DNA of 64,000 nucleotides from the NCBI RefSeq assembly GCF_001194135.2, contig NC_068992.1:48686741-48750740 (forward strand). The letters are read 5' to 3'. A program made the position numbers and the translations under genes. The stretch is from Octopus bimaculoides (taxonomy: Eukaryota). Each line of letters opens with the position of its first letter. Position 1 is the first letter of the stretch. The notes beneath the pieces are model-generated. The model was given only the letters and a program-made list of their open reading frames with translations, did not search any database and was not told the DNA's origin. Shown piece by piece: positions 55,060 through 64,000 of this stretch.

Positions 55060-55485
55060 AGGGTACAATGGATAAATTGTGGCCATTTTATGTTTTCAAT
55101 TTCGGTCATGGGCATTGTTTGATTTTGATTTTGTCGACTACACGGTATTGTAGGGTCAGTTGGGGGACCGTCTGAGAGGAAAAAAGCACCATGACGCAAT
55201 TCACTCTGCCAGAAATTTGGAAACAACATTCTGTACTGCTTGGCATTCACGCCGAAAGCTCCAATATGAACGTTTCAGTACTGGGTTGTCAATCTGAGGA
55301 CAGTGCAGAGGTTTCGGAACGAGTTAGATGAGTCTAATGGTGACTACAAAGGTATGGCAGTTCAGAAAACTCACTCTGATTGGTCTGATAAGAAAGAAAC
55401 TCCTGAAGTTGCTGGTGAGATCCAGGCCATGATTGACAATGACCCCTCAAAGTCAATCAGGTCCATTGCCAAAGACATGGGAGTG
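55060..55485 (+). mobile_element. Tc1/mariner 5' end and transposase N-terminus
   Basis: ORF 55303: QRFRNELDESNGDY...IQAMIDNDPSKSIRSIAKDMGV (HTH region), truncated by a microsatellite. Confidence 0.75.
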
Positions 55486-55616
55486 TATATCTACACATGC
55501 ACACATACATATATAGAGAGAAAGAGAGAGAGAGAGAAAGCCCGATGAATGGATACATAGATAGACAGATTGATAGAATGTGAGAGAGAGATCATACATG
55601 TATGTACATATGTGTA

Positions 55617-55653
<37 letters not shown>

Positions 55654-55658
<5 letters not shown>

Positions 55659-55854
55659 TGATAGTTAGCAAGGTGAGACACACATAAGAAAGAAGGAAAC
55701 AAAGGACCACTGATGAGGTCACAGAAGTGTGACGAAAGAACTCTGGCCGAAATAAGATTAAGATTAATGTAATATAAAGCTGAAGCAAATTAACACCAAA
55801 TATACAGTGCGTGTGTTTTTATTGGCTAAACTGGCAATATGACCATCCCCAAGT

Positions 55855-55860
<6 letters not shown>
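55654..55860 (+). mobile_element. Solo Penelope terminal repeat or retrozyme-like unit, family HH-1
   Basis: About 200 bp, colinear with the reverse complement of 61600-61815; flanked on both sides by (AT)n. Confidence 0.8.
55704..55748 (+). ncRNA. Minimal type I hammerhead ribozyme (intact core)
   Basis: GGACCA-CUGAUGA-G-GUCACA(GAAG)UGUGAC-GAAA-G(AA)C-UC-UGGCC: perfect 6-bp stem II, 2-bp stem III, CUC triplet, 5-bp bulged stem I. Confidence 0.75.
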
Positions 55861-55887
<27 letters not shown>

Positions 55888-56922
55888 CGCATGTATGTAT
55901 GTATGCATGTATGTATGTCTGTACACACATACATACGTATATATTTATGCATACAAATATATATGTGTTTATGTGTGTATATTAATGTTATAGTGTAAAA
56001 TCCTAAACAAAGGACAATGTTTGTTAAGAAATACCAGAAATTTTATATGATATTTCAGCGGCACAAACGGCTCTAATCATGATTAGAACAAACCTTAGTC
56101 ATAAACTCAATCTATTACAGGAAACCAACTGTTAAATGAAAACATCCCATAAAAACGTGGTTATGAGAGAACATTGAGCAGTAAACGTTACATTCAGACT
56201 AATAATGAAAATCGTGTGTCGGCTGATGGCGAGCACTGGTTTATGGTGTTTGTTGAAGAATGAGTCTTTAGTGCTTGAGCGCCATAAAATCCAATAGGTT
56301 TGTCTGTGCCGCAGACAAGGGAATTCTAATGTTTTAAGTTCATCTAATATAGCTTTACTCATTTCATTTCCGACGAAGGACCCAACTTGAGACGTGACAA
56401 TTCACCTCTCTTCACGACACACAGACTTCTTTCTCCGAAGTCGAGAACTTCAAGTAACTTTTGCTGATGGATCTTATAACTTGTCTTCTTGTTACAGGGT
56501 TTAAATTATCTTATTTTATTTTAAATCTGAGTCGCCTGCGTTTACGCCAGTAGTCATTCAACACCACTGGCCTTCCTGTGACACTGTTATAATAGCTACA
56601 TTCAGTATGATACATTTCATAATAGCAAACCATTTCTCTGCGTTCTTAATCCATTTCGGTCATTGTGCACAATTTGTCCACATCTTCTGTTTGCTCATTT
56701 GATTGATATTCCTTGGAAGAATGCCCGGAATTGGCTAGTTATATATCCAACCCTTTCTTTACAAGCCGTGAATTAAACTGCGACAAGTACTTATTTATTT
56801 AAGGGCATTCTTTTAAGGAAAAAATTCAATGTAGGTTGACATTCTTACTTTCTGAAAATCCTTTAGAATCGTCGCCTTCTTGAGTAATAGTTGGGTCATA
56901 TAACACATTGAAACCACTCATA

Positions 56923-56924
<2 letters not shown>

Positions 56925-56994
<70 letters not shown>

Positions 56995-57050
56995 TCTCTT
57001 TCCCTCTTTCTTTCTCTCCCTCTCTCCCTCTCCTTCTTTTGCTACCTTAC
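56925..57050. repeat. (CT)n microsatellite
   Basis: Direct reading of sequence. Confidence 0.95.
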
Positions 57051-57064
57051 CCCTCTGTTTTTCT

Positions 57065-57103
<39 letters not shown>

Positions 57104-57106
57104 GAC

Positions 57107-57640
57107 TACGGGTTGGACAAAATAATGGAAACACCTAGCATCATAGCATCATAATTTTGAAATATCTATAAAACCGTCAAAAGCTTGTTTATTTTTATGG
57201 TTTTTGATTTACTGTTAGTGTTGCTTAATATGTTTTGCTAAAATTGCTGTTTCTTTTCAGATATCATCAGAAAAACGTAATTAAAATTCATTAAAATGAC
57301 AGATCTATCGGACTTGGAAAAAGGTCGAATTGTTGGTGTTCCTTTGGCAGGCGCTAGCGTAACGAGAACAGCTGAATTGTTTGGTGTATCAAAAAGTACT
57401 GTCTCGAAAGTAATTACACCCTTTGAGAAAGACGGAAAAACCTCCTCGTCGAAACAACACTCCGAAGAAAATCAAAACTTTTAGATAGGAACCGTCGGAC
57501 TCTTACACGAATTGTTACAAAAGATCACAAAAGTACAGCTCCCAAAATTACTACAGAGCTTAATGATCACCTCGAGATCACAGTCTCCACAAAAACTGTT
57601 CGGCGGGAGCTGCACAAAGCCGGATTTCGCGGGAGAGCTG
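57107..57640 (+). mobile_element. Tc1 element: left TIR and transposase N-terminus (frameshifted, 3'-truncated)
   Basis: TA-cgggttggacaaaataatggaaacacct terminus; MTDLSDLEKGRIVGVPLAGASVTRTAELFGVSKSTVSKV...RTLTRIVTKDHKSTAPKITTELN...VSTKTVRRELHKAGF. Confidence 0.92.
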
Positions 57641-57642
57641 GA

Positions 57643-57686
<44 letters not shown>

Positions 57687-58013
57687 GCAATGAAGCAAAC
57701 ATTGTCGCCCGATATCCATAACACGAAAATTTGACAAACCTTCAATCGCCGTTTTGAGTATCTGTCAATTTATCTATCTAACTATCTACCCACCTAACTG
57801 TCTATTGATGTATCTATCCATTTATCTAGCTATGTATTGGTTTATCGATCTATCAGTTTATCGAACTAACCATCAATAGTTATATACACGTCTCCGCAAC
57901 ACCAAACTAGCAAATTGCGTTTTATTTACTTTTAAACATTGACAATATATCTGCCACGTAAATAGCCTTCTATCATCCTTACTATAATTCTCCCTGGTGT
58001 TTTTCAGACTAAA

Positions 58014-58052
<39 letters not shown>

Positions 58053-58582
58053 ATTTATCTATCTATCTATCTATCTATTTCTATCTATCTATCTACTTAT
58101 CTTTTCTTTTCTCTGGTGGTGCCATCATACCAATATTTATTCTCCGGACATCAGATTTTAATAGCTTGAATCTAAATACCATTCATCCAAAAAACACTGT
58201 TGTGTCGACGCCCCCAGGCGAAGAACTAGGATCTCCCAAAACATATAAATAGAGGTAGTCTGGCCGTAGTAGGAGTGTTGAGTAGCAGTCGAGTAGCAGT
58301 TGTGTAGCGGTTGAGTAGAGATCATCGGAAGGTGCTAGATAGCAGTAGCTTGAGACATAACAAAAGCAAAAAAAAATTAGGCGTCTGCAATGATTATGGA
58401 AACAAGCTTTTTCTCAAACTTCTCATGCCTTTCTACATTTACAATGTTGTTGCTTCCTGCTAGTTGAGTGAAGGCACACTGGAGTTCAAGAGTCATGGTT
58501 CAAATCCAGATGGTAGGCAGGATAGTAATACGAAGAATATTTTAGTTACGTAAGCCAAATATGTGGGAAATGTATATATATA

Positions 58583-58752
58583 GGCGTAGGAGTGGCTGTG
58601 TGGTAAGTAGCTTGCTTACCAACCACATGGTTCCGAGTTCAGTCCCACTGCGTGGCATCTTGGGCAAGTGTCTTCTACTATAGCCTCGGGCCGACCAAAG
58701 CCTTGTGAGTGGATTTGGTAGACGGAAACTGAAAAGAAGCCCGTCGTATATA

Positions 58753-58785
<33 letters not shown>

Positions 58786-58998
58786 NNNNNNNNNNNNNNN
58801 NNNNNNNNNNNNNNNNNNNNNACAACCGATTCTGGTGTGTTTATGTCCCCCGTCACCTAGCGGTTTGGCAAAAGAGAACGATAGAATAAGTACTAGGCTT
58901 ACAAAGAATAAGTCCTGGGGTCGATATGCTCGACTAAAGGCGGTGCTCCAGCATGGCCACAGTCAAATGACTGAAACAAGTAAAAGAGTAAAAGAGTA
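58583..58998 (+). mobile_element. tRNA-derived SINE, family A, near-intact reference copy
   Basis: A-box-like TGGCTGTGTGG, B-box-like GAGTTCAGTCC, cttgggcaagtg core, internal (AT)n, and 3' tail actgaaacaagtaaaagagtaaaagagta. Confidence 0.92.
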
Positions 58999-59597
58999 TA
59001 TATACCTTGGTGTTTTTCAGTGTCCCCATGTACATATGTGGAAAAATGAGTATATTAAAAAAAAATTTTCTACAATGTCTTTTATAGTGTTAAATTTTGA
59101 ATATATAGAAATTTGATGAGAAAAGAAAACGGTGAGCCCCCACACATATGTATACTGACACATATCAATTTTCTTTTCTTAATTTTAAGTTTCATTTTGT
59201 AGATATATGTGATGTGTATCAATATGTATGTGTGTGCCCCATCAATATTTTTTTTCGTATTAAATCCTGATATAACAGTAATCTACACACTCTGAAATGT
59301 ATTTGTGGAAAATTTGATGGAAAAAAATGTTCATTTTTCTGATAGTTTTGAGAAAACGAAGGACACTTGTCAGAATTTTCCGAGAATCCTCAAACTACCC
59401 TTGCAAAAATATTTTCACAATAAATTCTAATATTATCGGAATCTACACGATGCGTAAAAACTGTAGCCCGCAAATGAACACTTCGCTCATGCCGGTTACT
59501 TATATTATTGCACATGCATAACCAGAAGTCCATAATTATCATGTATTTTTTTAAATTATAATTGAAGATATTTATGTTAAAGCAATGGCTATACATA

Positions 59598-60068
59598 CAC
59601 AAATGTGCCCCACCGATTTTGTGTACTCATAACTTCCACCAAAATGAATATTTTTCGAATGAAGCTTTCTACAAATATGCTTCAGATGGTCTACATTTCA
59701 AATTATATCTGAATTTCTTTAGAAAAAGAAGTGTTTTCGGGGAGGTGAGAAAAGGATTTTCAGAAAATTCAAACAAGTCGGAATTGATACCTTATGACTT
59801 TCAAAATAATGGGTATTTTTAAATGAAAATTTCGACAAATATGTTTTGGGTTACGATTATATCGGATTTTAATAAGAAGATAAAAATTGGTGGCACAGCA
59901 CAGAAACATATTGACACACTTGGTCTTTTTTTTTTTGGAAAAAGTTATGTCATCAAAAATTCCGATATAATCAGAATCTACACTATCTAAAGCGCATTTG
60001 TAGAAAATTTCATTAAAGAATATCAATTTTTCTGAGATATATGATGAAATTCGTTGGAGCACATATTG
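59598..60068. repeat. Old foldback/MITE-like element with imperfect inverted arms of about 125 bp
   Basis: 59598-59735 aligns to the reverse complement of 59940-60068 (shared aatgaa..tttctacaaat..gctt.agat.gt.ta.att and attatatc.gaattt). Confidence 0.7.
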
Positions 60069-60975
60069 GTAGGCAGGGTGCAGCTACCTACAGCCTGTTA
60101 CTGCATGTATTACGGGAAGTTCATAGGAGACATGCATTTTTTGAATAATAATCGTACATATATGTGCGCGCGTGTGTGTGTATGTGTGTGTATAGATAGA
60201 GAGACACACATACACAGACACATACATGCATGCATGCATACATACATACACATACATACATACATACATACATACATATTTCTGCAAGTTTGTGTCTTTG
60301 TGCATGTCTTTATTTTCGAATGACATTAGTATGCATGACATAATATATTTGCATACGGATGTCAGTATATTGAATTATATGCATATATACGTGTATATAT
60401 ATANNNNNNNNNNNNNNNNNNNNNNNNNNNNNNNNNNNNNNNNNNNNNNNNNNNNNNNNNNNNNNNNNNNNNNNNNNNNNNNNNNNNNNNNNNNNNNNNN
60501 NNNNNNNNNNNNNNNNNNNNNNNNNNNNNNNNNNNNNNNNNNNNNNNNNNTATATATAATTAACTAACACGCACACACTTATACATATCTGTGTGAATTC
60601 CTGTGTGTCGCAATATTTTTATATTATATAAATCTATGTAAAAGAATATATATGAAAAAAGGATATCTGCCTATTTATATGCACACACATACATACATGT
60701 TTATTAAGAGCTATTTTTTAATATACGTAAACAATTACCGGCAGCTTCTTGTCTTTTGTCCTCAACTCAGATGGAAGTTTCAATATAAATGAAGAATGTT
60801 TTGTGTACGGAATTCTGTACATCACCCTTTTAACATATTCATCTAAATTCATGCTTTTGGCAACTCAACTCTTTTCCTTTTTAATTATGCAAATATTGCC
60901 TTTAGCCAATAATATATGTAACTTTTTTTATTTTGCCAACACTTAGGCACAGAACAACTGATTTCTGCAGACTTT

Positions 60976-61020
60976 ATTCTGCTGGTGAGTTCCGAATAAA
61001 CCGAAACATATGTCCATAGT
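60976..61020 (+). ncRNA. Degenerate hammerhead-like motif
   Basis: AUUCUG-CUGGUGA-G...C-GAAA-CAUAUG-UC-CAUAGU: palindromic ACAUAUGU stem III and GUC triplet, but A6 changed to G and stem II is poor. Confidence 0.3.
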
Positions 61021-61510
61021 TCTCCCATTGCCTGCAGAGATTATATTGAACTTTCCTTAACTTGCCAAATTCATTGTTAATTTCATGAAGCTAATTCTCC
61101 TTCTACAATAATAAGCAACTAAACAAAAACTCGAATGTACATACTGTGTTTATGATAACTATACATGTGTGTGTGTATGTGTGTGTATGTGTGTATGTGT
61201 GTGTGCGCGTGTGGTTATGGTGTTGCATATTCAATCATATATTCAAGAGTTTGATATTTGCACCACCAAGATATGGGGTGCATTCTTGAGCAGAGCAACT
61301 CATTTTGTATTGTATTAATATAGATATCGTCAAAATAAATATCGTCCAGTGGCTAATTGGTGCGGCCTTTTCTCCTTTCAGCTTTCACAACCGCGATGTT
61401 AGGCTGGATCAAGGATAGGAGGTTCGTTCATGATGGCATAAACTTCTCAATCATTTCACGAAAGCATGATTCAAACCAATAGATTATATTCTCTTGTGAG
61501 TTTGTATGAA

Positions 61511-61546
<36 letters not shown>

Positions 61547-61559
61547 CGTTTATATATTC

Positions 61560-62450
61560 GTTTTACAAGATTCTTGATGTGAAATCGTGTGTTGAAACAG
61601 ATATTGTTGTATTTGGGGATGGACATGTTGCCAGTTTAGCCGAGAAAAACGCACGCACTAATATATTTGGTGTTAATTTGCTTCAGCTTTATTTTATTTC
61701 TTTACATTAATCGTATTTCGGACAGAGCTTTTTTGTCACACTTCTGTGACCTCATCAGTGGTCCTGTGCTTTCTTCTTTCTTATTTTGTGTCTTACCTTA
61801 CTAACGATCAGCCATTTTGTATTTTGTATTCCTATTGTGTGTGTCTTTATTTGCGCATGCGTTATGCTCCTATATGTGTCCATGTTTAGTAAGTGCGTGT
61901 GTGTGTATGGGGAGTGCCTGTATTATCTCTATCACCTGTGTATAACCATTCGTTTAATTTGTTTTTATTTATTTGTTCATGTGTTTATACCTACTTCTTA
62001 TTATTTTTTCTATTCTTTATTTTTTTGTTTGCATTTAATTTAATTCAATTTTGTTAACGTATATAGTTATTTAATTCCATTTGTTTTTCTGTGTAATGTA
62101 TTATATTTTGTTCATATTGTTATCAGTTTATGGGCATCTTATTCTGTCATAGGTTGTGGTGTGTTGGGTGTGTGTGCTAGTGTTCCATTCTAGTTTCCTC
62201 TTCAGGCTAGGTTTATCTTCTATTATGTGTGTAGCTTCTGTAATTTGTCTATGCATCTGTTCTATGTATGGACAAGATTTTAACTTCTATGTTGTTGAGT
62301 GAGCCCCCGTGTTCTTGCACGGCGTGCTAGTACAGGAATGAGGAGCTCTTCTCTTCCTTAAGTTCCCTCCAATGCCCATTTACGCGCTCTCCTATGCTCC
62401 GTGTCGTTTCCCTTACGTACGTCGTTGTCTTGTTACTGCATCGTCCCTCT
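61560..62450 (-). mobile_element. 3' end of a Penelope-like element: GIY-YIG remnant, 3' UTR and hammerhead-bearing terminal repeat
   Basis: 62419-62185 reads YVRETTRSIGERVNGHWRELKEEKSSSFLY*HAVQEHGG..EVKILS...RQITEATHIIEDKPSLKRKLEW; the HH-1 repeat follows at 61600-61815. Confidence 0.85.
61720..61764 (-). ncRNA. Hammerhead ribozyme HH-1 copy with mutated core
   Basis: GGACCA-CUGAUGA-G-GUCACA(GAAG)UGUGAC-AAAA-AAG-CUC-UGUCC; G12 changed to A. Confidence 0.65.
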
Positions 62451-62719
62451 GTACATTTTATACTATAGACTACATTTTTGGCTCCAGTGCCACTTTTAAC
62501 TTTCAAAAATGTTTAAGTCTACGTAACGTATTGAGTTCTTTATATACAAATCAGAATATCTATATTACAGCATATTTGGACATGTGTGTGACTGTCTGGC
62601 AATGGGAAATTGTGTATCTATATATATATGCACATATATGTGTATATGTGTGTTTGAAAACATATATATGTGCACACTTTTATATTTACATAGTGATATA
62701 TAAATATAAATAAATGTGT

Positions 62720-62754
<35 letters not shown>

Positions 62755-63599
62755 NNNNNNNNNNNNNNNNNNNNNNNNNNNNNNNNNNNNNNNNNNNNNN
62801 NNNNNNNNNNNNNNNNNNNNNNNNNNNNNNNNNNNNNNNNNNNNNNNNNNNNNNNNNNNNNNNNNNNNNNNNNNNNNNNNNNNNNNNNNNNNNNNNNNNN
62901 NNNNNNNNNNNNNNNNNNNNNNNNNNNNNNNNNNNNNNNNNNNNNNNNNNNNNNNNNNNNNNNNNNNNNNNNNNNNNNNNNNNNNNNNNNNNNNNNNNNN
63001 NNNNNNNNNNNNNNNNNNNNNNNNNNNNNNNNNNNNNNNNNNNNNNNNNNNNNNNNNNNNNNNNNNNNNNNNNNNNNNNNNNNNNNNNNNNNNNNNNNNN
63101 NNNNNNNNNNNNNNNNNNNNNNNNNNNNNNNNNNNNNNNNNNNNNNNNNNNNNNNNNNNNNNNNNNNNNNNNNNNNNNNNNNNNNNNNNNNNNNNNNNNN
63201 NNNNNNNNNNNNNNNNNNNNNNNNNNNNNNNNNNNNNNNNNNNNNNNNNNNNNNNNNNNNNNNNNNNNNNNNNNNNNNNNNNNNNNNNNNNNNNNNNNNN
63301 NNNNNNNNNNNNNNNNNNNNNNNNNNNNNNNNNNNNNNNNNNNNNNNNNNNNNNNNNNNNNNNNNNNNNNNNNNNNNNNNNNNNNNNNNNNNNNNNNNNN
63401 NNNNNNNNNNNNNNNNNNNNNNNNNNNNNNNNNNNNNNNNNNNNNNNNNNNNNNNNNNNNNNNNNNNNNNNNNNNNNNNNNNNNNNNNNNNNNNNNNNNN
63501 NNNNNNNNNNTTATCAATTTATGTGTTCAACGTTAGAAGTGCTTATTATAATTTTTTTGTGTATTTCTTTTTCATTATTACATTCTACCATGAACGATA

Positions 63600-63641
63600 C
63601 CATCATCATCATCATGACCACCATCATCATCAACGCTATCG

Positions 63642-63722
<81 letters not shown>
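63600..63722. repeat. (CAT)n microsatellite
   Basis: Direct reading of sequence. Confidence 0.97.
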
Positions 63723-64000
63723 CAATAACTTTCAACGTCAATAACTAACCAGAGGAAGGAAATGGTAAAAGTAGGTAAACGTCTAACATATATTTTGAGG
63801 ACAACAAATACATAGACATACAGGAACACACACATATACATATATATTTATGTATATATGTGAGTAACTATATATCCATATATAAAAGTATTTCCATATA
63901 TACATACACATATATAAATGCATATATGTAAATACACTTACACATACACACATATATATAAATATATATATATATATTAATATATATATATATATATATA

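Noticed and set aside
56370-56397. CCGACGAAGG...GAGACGUGA hammerhead-like relic
   Set aside because: Two core mismatches and no convincing stems.
58240-58350. TATAAATAG followed by GAGTAGCAG repeats (LTR-like)
   Set aside because: No TG..CA boundaries, partner LTR or TSD found.
58583-58660. tRNA-like A/B boxes
   Set aside because: These are SINE heads; no full cloverleaf, and they continue into the SINE body.

Overview
Eukaryotic, AT-rich, intron-like DNA from a gappy draft assembly: about 21 N-gaps totalling roughly 7 kb, almost all abutting microsatellites. The microsatellite density and SINE families suggest a cephalopod (Octopus-like) genome; this is inference from recalled repeat families, not a database hit. 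Almost all entries in the ORF track are microsatellite or N artefacts. Real content: (i) a sparse minus-strand multi-exon host gene, with a strong exon at 9370-9656, a phase-compatible exon at 11988-12046 and a likely exon at 38906-38992; it may encode a cyclic-nucleotide-binding-domain protein with a PKA-site-rich tail; (ii) many decayed retroelements: R4/Dong-like RLE LINEs, at least three Penelope-like elements (one near full length), Tx1/L1-like and RTE-like fragments, and several tRNA-derived SINE families; (iii) Tc1/mariner, piggyBac-like and Helentron-like DNA element remnants. The most notable signal is two separate families of short repeats carrying minimal type I hammerhead ribozyme folds. 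One copy sits directly in the 3' terminal repeat of a Penelope-like element. The two copies with intact catalytic cores lie on the + strand (antisense to the host gene), while the two minus-strand copies carry core mutations. No CRISPR array, rRNA or bona fide tRNA gene was seen.
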